A stretch of 60,132 nucleotides of DNA, the filler included, from Squatina squatina (Eukaryota): NCBI GenBank assembly GCA_031763465.1. It is 4 parts of 4 records of this genome, joined end to end, with 100 filler letters (N's around TTAATTAATTAA, not from the genome) between each part and the next. Parts side by side here need not be neighbours in the genome. Positions count along the whole stretch, not along the records: positions 31,149 to 44,272 come from JARFOE010000016.1; positions 44,373 to 60,132 come from JARFOE010000115.1; 2 more parts are not named here. One strand, written 5' to 3'. This document shows positions 39,021-51,706 of the stretch, one piece after another (the stretch's first letter is position 1; every line of letters begins with the position of its first letter). Made by a program: the position numbers and the translations under genes. Below the pieces are notes generated by a model, which did no database searches, was not told the DNA's origin, and was given only the letters and a program-made list of their open reading frames with translations.

Positions 39021-40919
39021 AGTTGTTAGCTTTTTCATCTACAGTATCTTATGGGGAGTTGGGGGGGGCGGGGGTTACCGTTTCTTTTTTGATACCATTT
39101 CAACCAACAGCACCAGTGTTCTAATGGGAATGTGAAGGTAAGTTTGCACCAGAGGTGTACTTACTGTGCCCACCACGTATCACATCTTTCCACAAAAATG
39201 CACTTACTGAATTGTTCTAAGGAATTGTCTTCACATGCAATGCTTTAGAAGAGAGGCTGTGACCAAATTATGTTGCAAGCGACAAATGGACCATAGGCAA
39301 ATTCTACCTCAGGCACTGTTGGTGGTTGACAAGATTAGTACATCCATCAATTTTCAATTGGGAGACATTAGTCATGTAATTATGTTGTGAGCAATGGGAA
39401 TGTATATAAGGCGAGTGGACAATACATTGTTTGCAAAAGCAAACCAAATCATCTCATTCCTCATCGATAAACAGCAGAAGCATGCAAGCGCTCTGCATGT
39501 TTTTACAAATGACGAGACTTCCCAGAGAATAGAAGATAACTGCTGGCACGGATGTGGCCTTATGGACTCCTGCCCAGAATTAATCAGTCTACATGAACTG
39601 CAAGGGCTACTNNNNNNNNNNNNNNNNNNNNNNNNNNNNNNNNNNNNNNNNNNNNNNNNNNNNNNNNNNNNNNNNNNNNNNNNNNNNNNNNNNNNNNNNN
39701 NNNNNNNNNNNGCCATGGACGCCATTTTAGGCCTCTAAGGGCACTCATACTGCCTAAAAAATGGGTGCTCTGGATCAGAATTTTGTGCCATTTTTCTTAC
39801 GTTTACTTTCCATCTCTCTTTTTCTGTCTTCATCCAATCTTTCCCTCTCTCCATTTCTTTTCTGTACCCAATTTGAATAATTTACCCTCCTTCTCCGTCG
39901 TTCTGTTAATTTCTCTATCCTTCAAACTCATTGGTTAAGGAGATGGACCACTCGTCCCGTTGTTCGCCAAGGTCCCAAATATACCGTTACCAACTCGCAC
40001 TTCCAACAGTATGCAACGCAAAGATTTTTTGAGCTGAAGGGTGAAGGAAAAAGTTTAACTAACTAAATTACAGCTATGATGACATGAAAGTGATTATTAA
40101 ATAAATTCAATAGGTACTTAAAACCCAGATAAAATATAACCTTACCACACAGGGTTTTAATAAGTTACTTACAATCACTAATTCAATAAAATAAATGTGA
40201 TCATTAAAAATTACATTACAGCTGCTCCTTTTATCTTGTGAGTTCTTCAAACTTTTAGATGATCGTTAATTTATAAAGTGTTAATCATTTGAAGTGTTAG
40301 TTAAATAATGCATTGCCCCGACTGCACTTGTTAATTATGCACTTCAAGGACTCTACAGCTTTATGAAGTGTGATACACATGCCCTGAATTCTCACCTCCG
40401 GTATTCAGCATTGTACTCTATATATGGCATGCTGGATTAAATGCATACTCACTGCAAACAAAATNNNNNNNNNNNNNNNNNNNNNNNNNNNNNNNNNNNN
40501 NNNNNNNNNNNNNNNNNNNNNNNNNNNNNNNNNNNNNNNNNNNNNNNNNNNNNNNNNNNNNNNNATATGGCATGCTGGATTAAATGCATACTCACTGCAA
40601 ACAAAATTAAATAGTCGATTATTACACTATTTAGACACACAATTTCAAATTAAGCTTTTAAAATAAATGTATGTTCTTCATTAGATTGTATTTGTAGCAA
40701 CAAAACAAGTGGCAGTGCGAAACAACGTGAAATCAAATTAATCCACAGCACTTTTTGTAATGCCAGCATCATGTTTTGGAAACTGAAGAGTTTCTTTCCA
40801 TTTTAATGGAGGTGTGCTCTCACATTTATTAATGAATTAAAAAAAACACCATTACAATGTCAAATTAGTGATTTTGTTAAAGTTTCATAATTCTACAGTT
40901 TTAATCACTCAGCTTCCTT

Positions 40920-41055
40920 GGGCTGTTGGATTTGAGGAGGAGAACATTAAATTCCGTGCGATGGGAATGGAGAGCCATTGTAGAGCAGTGAGCAGGTTAG
41001 TGAGTTTTGGATTAGTTGGAAGGGGCAGATTGGAGGCTGGCAAGAAGGGCATTCT
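40920..41055 (-). mobile_element. L2-clade LINE fragment
   Basis: Minus reading LTALQWLSIPIARNLMF resembles the L2 LxxLHWLP..RIxFK segment; similar to 47640-47790. Confidence 0.5.
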
Positions 41056-41514
41056 TGCCAGCCTTAACCTGCAATCCCTTTTTCGATTACATATTAAAAT
41101 TACCAGCTTAATTACAAATTCCCCTTCCAAAATAACTATAAAATTCTCAATTTCAACCTCCTGTACTGCAATTTTAAAATTGTATACCTGCAATATATGT
41201 TACATGTATCAGTAGTGCATTGAAAGGAATTATCAATAGTCACATAACGCTACAAGTAATAAAACTTGCTGCAACTGCATGGCGCTGAATCGGTCCTCCA
41301 TTGTGCTCCAGACGATCAAATAAATTAATATCAAATGAGTACTGTAACTCACAGGCATAGTTCATTGGGTTTGTATGTGAACGGTACATTACATTATTTA
41401 ATGGTAAATTACATTATTTAAATCAATACAGTTTCGTCATCTGAAAAATGTCAAATGCATCCTGCGATTATAAATCCCAGCTGTGGCACAGTTGAGGCTG
41501 ACTTTACAAATATT

Positions 41515-41828
41515 GCTTGCCCTCCTCTCCCACCCCGTCACAACTCCCTCTGGAGTAAAGTTCCCGACTTCCCAGAGCTCCAACCTTTCCTCCACCATGA
41601 GAGAGAGCATCTCACACCCTGTCCCAACTCAATGTCCCCACCCAACAATTTCCTTGCCTCTGCTGCCCTCCCTTCCTTGTTCCCTACCCCGTAATCCCTG
41701 GTTTTCATCGCTTCTGTCTCCTTCACCCTCATCACCCCTTCTCCCTCACCCATTCTCCACCATCTATTCCTGAATCTCACTTCCTCATTCCTATCTCTCA
41801 TTTCCCCCTCCTCTCCCTCACCATCTCC
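41515..41828 (+). repeat. Low-complexity C/T-rich tract
   Basis: Strong pyrimidine skew (ctcc/tccc runs) ending at a gap. Confidence 0.6.
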
Positions 41829-42702
41829 NNNNNNNNNNNNNNNNNNNNNNNNNNNNNNNNNNNNNNNNNNNNNNNNNNNNNNNNNNNNNNNNNNNNNNNN
41901 NNNNNNNNNNNNNNNNNNNNNNNNNNNNGGCAGAAAAAGCTGGTCTTGGCTGAGACGCTCAAGGATCAAGATCTCAAGGGTCCAGTTTTTAAACAATCTA
42001 TGATTGGGGAAAATAGATCTCATGCCCAGACAGTGGAGACTCCTCTCACAGTGCAGATGGTAGATAAGTTGGTGGAGTCCACAACCCCCACCTGTAATAC
42101 CATTTTTGAAAGCAACTTAACATTTTTGATCCAGTAATTCTAACACAGCTGTGATACTGTTTGGTGAGCGTAGGGTAACTCGATAATTCATCAGTTTTCT
42201 TTTAATTAATGTGGATTTAAATGCAAGACAAAAAGGAGATCCTTACTTCTGCTACTTGTGATTCAATTTCAAAGACTTGCATAATAATAGTTGCAATTAG
42301 CAACAAAGTGTAAATCCATTTTCCATTCTGTATGCAATTGCAAAATTTGTGCAATTAATCAAATTTAAATAATTACATATAAAACATATATAGTACTAGT
42401 ACTCTGAATTAAATCAGTTATTAAAAAAAGGCTAAAATTTATCGTAAATCAACTTATTTTGTAACCAATTTCAATTAGTATGTTAATCATTTTAATTGTT
42501 ATTGTAATATTAATCAATTTGATAGAAATTCAGCACAGCAAATTACTTTATAAACCAGCTCTCCACTCCCAAAATGTTATTTAACTTCCTAACATTGCTC
42601 TTGCTTCAGTTCATTAAGCTCTCTGTTTGGATTTGAGGACCTTTTAAGGGGGGCAAAAAGTGGCCCTAAACTTCTGTTATAACTCAGCACAGATCATTTG
42701 CC

Positions 42703-42829
42703 TTGGGGGAATCTAGAACTAGGGGCCATAGTCTTAGAATAAGGGGTTACCAATTTAAGACGGAGATGAGGAGGAATTTCTTCTCTCAGAGGGTCGTGAA
42801 TCTTTGGAATTCTTTACCCCAGAGAGCTG
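42703..42829 (+). mobile_element. CR1 LINE ORF2 C-terminal fragment
   Basis: GESRTRGHSLRIRGYQFKTEMRRNFFSQRVVNLWNSLPQRA. Confidence 0.92.
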
Positions 42830-42929
42830 NNNNNNNNNNNNNNNNNNNNNNNNNNNNNNNNNNNNNNNNNNNNNNNNNNNNNNNNNNNNNNNNNNNNNNN
42901 NNNNNNNNNNNNNNNNNNNNNNNNNNNNN

Positions 42930-43399
42930 TCGCTACTGGACCATCGAGCCACCAGCCTGGCACGCCAGTCAGTGTGCCAGATGAGGGGATGGTGGCCCGC
43001 CATCAGTCGGCCAACAGCAGAGTCGTCCTACAAAAAAAGATGGCGGCCACTGGCGCACAGGCCCTCCTCTTTAAGAGACCCATTGCAGCGTCAGGTTTTG
43101 CCATCACTTAAACTGACCGGCGCTGTGGCCATGTCCCATGGGTGAATTTTGCCCCTGTGAATGCAAACGGACCACAGAGGGGGTTGCATCTGCGCAGTGC
43201 GGGTTGGCGCACATCTTTATGACGTCACGCGTCAACCCGCCGTGGGATTCGCTGGGCCAGGCGTAAAGGCCTTTGCGTCCCAGGTGAATTCTCTGGGAGG
43301 CGAGATGGCCATCTCCTGGCGCCATTTTGTCCAGTTTTGCACCGCTAACGCCCCTCGGAGGTGCTAACGGGGCGAAACTAGAGCTTAATTTCTCTCCCA
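42930..43399. mobile_element. CpG-rich repeat right end
   Basis: GC/CpG-rich block from a gap to ttaatttctctccc, similar terminus to 7936. Confidence 0.5.
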
Positions 43400-44272
43400 G
43401 AAGGCCTTCACAACACAGTTTGGTTTTACAGAGTCCTCTGAGTTAAGTCGCTAATTTTGTGTTTTTCTGGTTTCCCTTTTGAAGACCTGGCGCTCAGATA
43501 AAGCTATTTGCTTTCTTGCAAAGCAATTAAGATACATCAGTCCTTTCTGAATAAATATCTAAACTCCAAATCACATGGTTTGTACCTAACGTTCACTTCA
43601 ACCCATTCTGATCTTTTCAACATTCTCCTATTCGTTAAGTTTCTTTTCATAGGCACAGTATTAAACAGTATTCTCCACTTTTTAAAACAAAACAAGTTTA
43701 CAACTTTTGAATTTTTTTTTAAATAGTGAGAACAAATCTTCCAAGTCTATGTCACTTCCATACATGCACTCAGGTTCACAAGTTACATGCAGCACATTAG
43801 CCAACACTTCCTTTTATACATTTATAGCAGCAGGAAATCTTGTTTGAACCTCGGGCAAGTCACACTAAAGATCAGACTTCAATTTTTATGCCAAACACAA
43901 TAAATTCATTTAAAGCGGTGCCATTTCCATAAAGTCAGTCTTGATATCCAAGTTAAGTTGTATTATGCAAGTTGGCCACAGCACATTGCAGCTGGTCAAA
44001 CTGCTCTAGATTAGCTCATAGCAGGGAACAAATGTTTTAAAAAATACACACACATGCACACAAGGCTTCCATTGTTTTAGGGAAAGATCCAGCAAGTTCA
44101 AATTTTAACATCTAAGCCTGCAACAATTATTTAAGTAAAAGTCTGATATGCTGATGCATGTTTATGATGTTATCGTGTTTATGATGTTTGTGTGGTAGGG
44201 GGGGCAATCCCCAAAGCTGGGCAAAGGAGGTAAATTTATTACCCAGAAACTGCACATTGGACTGCTGAAAGA

Positions 44273-44372
44273 NNNNNNNNNNNNNNNNNNNNNNNNNNNN
44301 NNNNNNNNNNNNNNNNTTAATTAATTAANNNNNNNNNNNNNNNNNNNNNNNNNNNNNNNNNNNNNNNNNNNN
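44273..44372. other. Artificial scaffold spacer (44 N + TTAATTAATTAA + 44 N)
   Basis: Identical to the spacer at 16079. Confidence 0.95.
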
Positions 44373-44649
44373 CTTAGAAGCATGACATAAGATCAGCATG
44401 ACATCTGATGATCCTCGATGTAGGAAGCTTACTTCCAGGCTTGGAAATGGTGGGAAAATCAGATAACTTTACTGTATTCCATGGGCATTTATATTATGTG
44501 GCGACAAACTGCTTGTGAATTAATAAAATTTGTTTTGAAAATTAACTGGTCTATTTTTGAAGTTCAGTTCTAAAATTCCTATTCATTCAAAAATATGAAA
44601 TTCATTATAAAAGATGTAAGATTCATTAGCAGCAACTTGCACTTACATA

Positions 44650-45066
44650 TGGGTGTAATAGTGCAGTGATTGTTATTGGACTAGTAACATAGATGCCTAG
44701 ACTAATAATCCAGAGAACATAGCAGCTGGAAAATTTGAATTCAGTTTTTAAAAATCTGGAATATTAAACAAAAAGCTGCTATCAGTAAAAGTGAATACAA
44801 AGCTGAGCGACTTGTTTATTAAAAAAAAACTATTTGCTGATGTCCTTTAGGACAAGTCTGGCCTATATGTCACTCCAGCGCCACATCAACATGGTTGACT
44901 CTGACGTGGCCTAATAAGCCATTCAGTTGTATCAAACCGCTACAAGAGTAACCATACGGATTGCAGTGGTTCAAGAAGGCTCTGTACCACCTTTGCAGGA
45001 CAACTAGGAATGGGTAATAATTGTTGGCCTTGCCAGCAACATCCACTTCCTGAGAATGAATTAAAA
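44650..45066 (+). mobile_element. Second tRNA-derived SINE family
   Basis: Head gtgcagtg..gttattggactagtaa, core gtctggcctatatgtcactccag...tggttgactct, LINE-type tail gcagtggttcaagaagg...ggccttgccagc...gaatgaattaaaaa; partner copy at 26330. Confidence 0.75.
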
Positions 45067-45109
45067 AGATAACTAGCACTGATCAATTGTGTGCTAGCTC
45101 TTTGCTAGA

Positions 45110-45960
45110 CCAATTCAAGACTGTTCCCATTGCCTTGCTATCTCCTCTGTATCTTCCCCGACTTCAAACATACAATGGCCTCTGCCTCAAACACTCACTG
45201 TGGCAAAGCATTCCATGTGCCAACAACTCTCCATAAATACATTTCTCTTGACCTCTCTCCTCACTCTGACAATTTTAAATTGATGAGCCCTTGTTAACGA
45301 TTCTCTAACCATTGCCTTTTTCCATTTATTCTATCAAAACACTTAAATCTTAAAAAGGCTCTGACAAAAGGTCACAAACCTGAAACATTAATTCTGTTTC
45401 TCTATCCACAATGCTGCCTGACCTGCTGAGTTTTTCCAGCGTTTTCTGTTTTTATTAAGAATTTTAAAACCCTGTTACGTTTCTTTTTAGCCTTTTCTGC
45501 TGATTGGGAATAGTCCTAATCTCAAATATTAACTATAGCTTCCCAACACTAACATCACCGGGTGAATCTATGTTGTATGCTTTTTATAGACTTAATATCC
45601 TTTCTATTTGCATCCAAAATTGCATATAGTACTATAACTTTGGCTTAGTCATTGCCTTGCACAAATTTATCAATACCTCTTTAGTCTTGTACTCTATGTC
45701 CCTATTTAGAAAATGTAAAATGCTATTGACATTTTTTTATGGCTTTATCTATTTGTACTTACATCTTCAGGGAATTATGTATTTGAACCTCTAGCTGACT
45801 CTGCTAATCCACACCCTTTTATGTCTTCCCATTCCATGCATTACCTCGCATGTCTCCACATTAAGTTTCATTTGCTACCAATCCTCTCCTGCTAACTTGT
45901 CTAAGTACTCCTGAGTCCTTTGCAGTCTCCCTATTGTTTGCCTAATCCCCTACTTTTGTT
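45110..45960 (-). mobile_element. Old CR1 LINE fragment containing a Penelope-like terminus at about 45358-45455
   Basis: gcattccatgtgccaacaactctc (reverse of RVVGTWNA), ccaaaattgcatatagtactata (reverse of xYYMQFW); insert acctgaaacattaattctgtttctct...cctgctgagtttttccagcgttttctgtttttatt. Confidence 0.7.
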
Positions 45961-46552
45961 ACAGTTTGGATTTTCTCCCAACACTTTTGTGCTCATGTCA
46001 AAAATTCTGTTTGCATAAGTACGCTGAGTCGCCTACGAACCAAAACTAGGTGTGAGTTGAATAGCATACCACAGGATTAACAATTAACCCTAGCTATGAT
46101 TTATAATATACTGGAGATAAGGCAGAAATTTTCCCTATTTTAAGTAAAGTGAAAATTCTGCTTTTGTAACAATTATACTTTGACGATAGCAGCAACCTGC
46201 GCCACTTGGAGCAACCAGCAAGGTTGGCTTAGCCCAAGTATTTTTCCCATTCCTCATTTTGCTATTGCCTCGTTAACTCCAATTACAAACAGCTGTAATA
46301 GTTGATTTCTGGCCATCTCTAATTCAGGTTACTTGGAAAAAAGCCAAAAGGTTTCATTAATTTACAATCTATCAGAAGTATTCCTGATATAGTTGCTCCA
46401 CCTTTTGCTCTATTCAGTCGTTTACCCTGATTGGCAAATTTGAGGGTGCTGTCTGCAAGAGTAGTAAAATGGTGAGTTTTACCTTTTCTATTCTGTTTTA
46501 TAAAATACAGCCTAGATAATCCCACACAAAGGTAAAGCATTTTGACATGAGT

Positions 46553-46558
46553 TTTATT
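46553..46558 (-). promoter_or_regulatory. Candidate polyadenylation signal of MRPS10
   Basis: AATAAA on the minus strand about 60 nt downstream of the MRPS10 stop codon. Confidence 0.5.
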
Positions 46559-46615
46559 AAGTGAGCTATTTTAATTTATAATGAACAGTTACAGCAGAAT
46601 GTCCATTGGCTTTTA

Positions 46616-46875
<260 letters not shown>

Positions 46876-47139
46876 CTATCAGAGAACAGCGTCAATATTA
46901 AAAGTATGCCAGAATTCTTCAGTCACACACAAGCACAGGTTTCTAAATTGCCCTATATTTAACAATTCAATTGTATTTCACAGAAAATTCATGCACCAGT
47001 AAAAAGTGTATTTTCTTTTTCAATATGAAGATTTGTAAAATGACTGCAGTTGAGGGTGTTTCATCAATCAGCAGTACTACCTGTACAAGCCAACTGCTAT
47101 TCCAAGAATAGCTACAGAAGTAAGCGCAATTCATTAAAA

Positions 47140-47312
47140 GGCAAATTCTGATCATTAGACCTGGGGAGGAAATTGGCAAAAAATTAGAAAGCAAAGTGTA
47201 GGGGTAAAGGGTAGTTATTCAGATTGGGGGAAGGTAAAAGTGTTGCTCCGCAAAGGTCAGTGTTGGAACCATTGTTATTCATAATTTACATTCGTGATTT
47301 GGAATTAGGAAC
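47140..47312 (+). mobile_element. CR1 RT fragment abutting L2
   Basis: KSVAPQRSVLEPLLFIIYIRDL is a decayed SGVPQGSVLGPLLFxIYINDL. Confidence 0.7.
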
Positions 47313-47315
47313 AAA

Positions 47316-49037
47316 TGCTTCTCGGGAGCGTTCGCAAACAAAATTTGACAGAGAGACACAGAAGATATCAGGACAGGTGACCAAGTGCTTGGTCAAGGAG
47401 GTAGGTTTTCAGCAGCATCTTAGAGAAGAAAATGTAGAGCAGCAGAGAGGTTCAGGGAGGGAATTACTGAGCTTTGGATCTAGACAGCTGAAGGCACGGC
47501 CGCCAATGGTGGAGCAATTAAACCGGGGATGTGCAAGAGGCCAGACAATTGGAAGACTGCAGAGACTTTGAAGGGTTGTAGGGCTGGAGGAGTTTTCAGA
47601 GATAGAGAGGGACGAGGACAAGGACTGATTTGAAAAGAAGGATGAGAACTTTAAAATTGCGGTGTTGCCGGACCAGGAGCCAATGTAGGTCAGCAAGCAC
47701 AGGGGTAATGGGTGAACGGGACTTAATGGGCAGCAGAGTTTTGCATGAGCTCAAGTTTATGGAGGGTTGAAGATGGGAGGCTGGCCAGGAGAACATTGGT
47801 ATGGTCAATTCTAGAGATAACAAAGACTTGGATGAGGGTTTCAGCAGCAAATGAGCTGAGTCACAGGCAGAGTCGGGTAATGTTATCGAGGTGGGAGTAA
47901 GCGTCCTTGGTGATGGACCAGATATCCTTGGAGGGAGTGAATCTCGGGGTCGAATACAACACCGAGGTTGTGAATGGTCTGGTTCAGCCTCAGATAGTTG
48001 CTCGGGCGAGGGATCGAGTCGGTGGATAGGAAACGGAGTTTGTGGTGGAGACCGAAAACAATGGTTTCAGTCTTCCCAATATTTAGTGAGAAGAAATTTC
48101 TGCTCATCCAGTGCTGGATGTTGGACAGGCAATGTGACCAATTAGAGACTAGTGAGTGGTTGAAAGAGGTGGTGGTGAGGTAGAGCTGGGGGTCGTCAGC
48201 ATACATGTGGAACCTTACGTTGTGTTTCGGGATGATGTCGTCGAGTGGTCGATGTGAAATAGGAGGGGGCCAAGGATAGATCCTTGGGCGACTCCAGAGA
48301 CAACGGTACGGAAGAGGGAAGAGAAGCCATTGCAGGTGATTGTCTTGTTATGACTCGATCGATAAGAATGGAACCAGGCGAGTGCAGTCCACCCAGCTGG
48401 ACCGCGGAGGAGAGGTGTTGGAGGAGGATGGTGTGGTCAACTGTGTCAAAAGCTGCAGACAGGTCTAGAAGGACAAGGATGGATAGTTTATTAATGTCAC
48501 AGCCACATACGATGCAATTTGAGACTTTGATAAAGGCCGTTTCATTACAGTGGCAGGGGTGGGAGCAATTCAAACATGGAGCTGCAGAAAAGAGGGCACA
48601 GATTTGGGAGACGACAGAACGTTCAAGAACTTTAGGGATGAAAAGGAGGTTGGAGATTGAGCGGTATTTTGCGAAACAGGGGGCAAGAGTTGTTTTTTTG
48701 AGTAGAGGGGTGATGACGGCAGAGTTGAAGGGGAGGGGGACAGTGCCTGAGGAGAGGCAACCATTAAACTTATCAGCTAATATGGGGGCCAGGAATGGAA
48801 GTTGGGTGATCATCAGTTTGGTGAGAATAGGGTCGAGAGGGCATGAGGTGCATTTCATGGACAAGTTAAGCTCGAAGGGAGCACGGTGGGAAATAGGGGA
48901 GAAACTAGAGAAAGATGTTCAGGGCCAGGGCAAGGGGGAACCTTTGGGGAAGTTTAGCCTGGAAGGAAGCGAGAGAGGCAGCTTAACGGATGGTCTTAAC
49001 CTTAGTAACAAAGATGTCCACGAGCTCTTTACACCTG
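47316..49037 (-). mobile_element. L2-clade LINE, about 1.7 kb of frameshifted ORF2
   Basis: SCPLDPI, YRSISNLLFIPKVLER, LLDLSAAFDTVDH, HMYADDPQLYL, LADLHWL, IGGRAFSCLDPKL motifs across several minus frames. Confidence 0.93.
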
Positions 49038-49214
49038 NNNNNNNNNNNNNNNNNNNNNNNNNNNNNNNNNNNNNNNNNNNNNNNNNNNNNNNNNNNNNNN
49101 NNNNNNNNNNNNNNNNNNNNNNNNNNNNNNNNNNNNNTATTCATCTGGAGTGCTGTGATATTATTATTCTTCTATATGAAACCCATAAAAGCAGTTAAAC
49201 AATTAACAGATCTG

Positions 49215-49600
49215 TTCTTCAGATATCACACTTACTGAAAGTGCTGACTCCTCCTACAAGTGCTTGCAGTACCACACCCAATATAGCCATTCTTCACCTA
49301 TGAGCCTAGATAGCAAGTGTCAGCAAACTATTCAAGTTTAGAGGGCATTACAGAAAAGCCCAACCGTATCTTCATTCTGTGCATACACTTACATGTGCCA
49401 GCAGGAGACATTAAATAGGAACCGAAATCTCAGCTAATGTTTTGCTTCCCTTGGCCAAGGACACATTATTTTCACTGTTGCCTCAGCAGAGATCAACTAT
49501 CTCAGTCCACATCAGGGAACTAAGCAGAGAATCTCCCTAAAACTTATGGTGCACCAGCATACGAGTCAATTCATTTACACACCAAGCCATCAAGGGAAAC
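49215..49600 (-). mobile_element. Ancient SINE-like relic (AmnSINE2-like, tentative)
   Basis: gccattcttcacctatgagcctagatagcaagtgtcagcaaactatt resembles a recalled ancient vertebrate SINE segment; no second clear copy in the window. Confidence 0.35.
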
Positions 49601-49809
49601 ACAGCTATAACTTTGTATAAAGCAAAATCATGGAATAAGTATTCATAAAGTTTGAGTACACATTATTGCCTGGTTTAGGGTGAATTAGACCCTAGAAACC
49701 TTGACATTATATATACATTAAATGTTACTTTATGCTCAAATTAGATTGATTAGAGGAATTTAGTCAATAGGTTAAAAGCACCTTCTTGCATAATAGAATT
49801 CTCTTTCAA

Positions 49810-51006
49810 AATAACTTTTATTTAAGGAATTCTCAAGGGCAGAAAAATAAAAAATAAATCACTTTCTTTGATTAGTTTAATAGGAAAAAAAGTTAATCCC
49901 ATCACATTTAAAAAAAAAACTTGGGTACATAGTCAAGCTCAACTTGTTGTGAAAGTGAGTATTAACTTCAGAAGAAAATACTGTCTATTTTAAAGATGCC
50001 ATCACTGTTTTAAAATTATGCAGCCTTTCCAAGAACATGGCACAGAAATCTTCCCAAATGTTTTCTTTTTGCATATACAACAAAAGCATGTTACATAGTG
50101 AGGTTATTCACTGGTCTATACATAGTGCTTCGTTCATAACGTGACAAATACACTGCATTCAGTTATCGCAGAAAGATAATGTATGGAAAGGTCTCCATAC
50201 ACTCCTTAGAAAAAACACTTACAGTGCAATTAAAAAAAATAAATTACATTATGGAGTAAAAGGCATGCAATCTGGCCACTATCTGTACCCCAAAATTAAT
50301 AAAATAAAGCTTTAATAACTCTGTACAACATTGTAATAACAGAAAACAGCCCCAGTGAAAGATCGGCATTCTCAGTCATTTTGACACTTTTACTTTCAAA
50401 AATATTTTGCTTTCGGAATAGAATTTTGGGATATAAAGTATTTACACCCTACCTGCTAGACAACACCAAGGAACAGCAGTTAAATAAATCCATAAACAAA
50501 TCGGATTTGACAATTTCTTTTAAAATATATATAATTTTGAACCTTATTTACATCTTTTTGTTTTGTTTAATAGAANNNNNNNNNNNNNNNNNNNNNNNNN
50601 NNNNNNNNNNNNNNNNNNNNNNNNNNNNNNNNNNNNNNNNNNNNNNNNNNNNNNNNNNNNNNNNNNNNNNNNNNNTAATAGAAAAGTAGACAATTTAATT
50701 TCTGATACTTTTACTCAAGACAAAAACTTTCTTTAGCAAAAAACCCGTTTGGTTTCAATGCTTTGAATTAACTATGAACAAGCAGCTGAGAGGGAAAAAT
50801 CAAAGTCCATAAGGCTTTGTTTAGCCCATGTAATGGTATATATGACGAAAAAGCAAGTCAAGAGCATTTTTATTTATGTGCAACTCTTCTGGAATTTTTT
50901 TTGCATACTGCATTTGAACTAGCCTTAGGACATCCTGATGACTTAGAAAAAGTAGCAATTTTGTTCAACTAATTGTAATTGAGAGTTACTTTATATAAAA
51001 ACAGAT
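49810..51006 (-). other. Probable TRERF1 3' UTR
   Basis: AT-rich unique sequence downstream of the stop, with minus-strand AATAAA at 49817-49822; true 3' end not determinable and one N gap lies inside. Confidence 0.5.
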
Positions 51007-51316
51007 TTACAATTCGTCATCCTGGAGAAATTCTCCATCTTCCCCATCTAAAAGTAGGTCTGTATCCATGACATCTGATTCCTCCATCACATCTTCTAAC
51101 TCCTGAATGATGTCTTGATCCTCCACTTCCATTTGCTGCTTCACCATACTCATGTGATCTGGATGAAGTAACATAGGTGCCATCGGTGAAGCAGGCCTGA
51201 CTATTGTTACAATTTCTGCAGCTTCAAGAGCTTTCTGTGCCTTCTGTCGCTGCTGTTCCTCTTGTTGCCTATGCGTTTTCATGTGAGCATTTCTACTTTT
51301 AATCTTGTAGAACATC
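51007..51316 (-). CDS. TRERF1: TRERF1 terminal coding exon (end of last C2H2 finger and acidic tail)
   Basis: tttcag|G ATG TTC ... TAA encodes [29 protein letters not shown]...[19 protein letters not shown], matching recalled TRERF1 [26 protein letters not shown]...DTDLLLD. Confidence 0.95.
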
Positions 51317-51503
51317 CTGAAACACAGAAGTGACACTTAAAACCATGTAGACTCAGTAAAATGCAGGAATGCACTGGTTATTAATTTTTTTCCATATCTG
51401 AATATGAAACTAAATTACAATAGAATGAAATTATGAAAAATGGGGAGCTAACTAAAAATTGCAGGGGAGACATTTAGAGGGAAAAAAGTGCCATCTAACT
51501 TAC

Positions 51504-51706
51504 TTTCCACATTCCTTACAAGGGAAAATTGTAGCAGCATCGGTTTCACCACTAGTTGTACTGTGTGCAGGGGAGTTCTTGACAGAGGTATAGCCGGACT
51601 GAAGTCCTCCCATTTTAAGTTTAGCCGCAGAAGTCTGCTTTGGGACCTGGTTCGAACCACCATGAATACGCGCATGGCCATTTAAAGCCTGTCTGGAACT
51701 GAATAT
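51504..51706 (-). CDS. TRERF1: TRERF1 penultimate coding exon (parts of two C2H2 zinc fingers)
   Basis: ttcttttag|ATA TTC AGT ... GGA AA|gtaag, 203 nt, encodes [67 protein letters not shown](K); phase joins terminal exon. Confidence 0.95.

Noticed and set aside
48284-49198. 304-aa plus-strand ORF
   Set aside because: Antisense shadow of the L2 reverse transcriptase on the minus strand, extended through a gap.
51448-51685. ORF-track translations over the penultimate TRERF1 exon
   Set aside because: Wrong frame or strand; the true frame reads [15 protein letters not shown].
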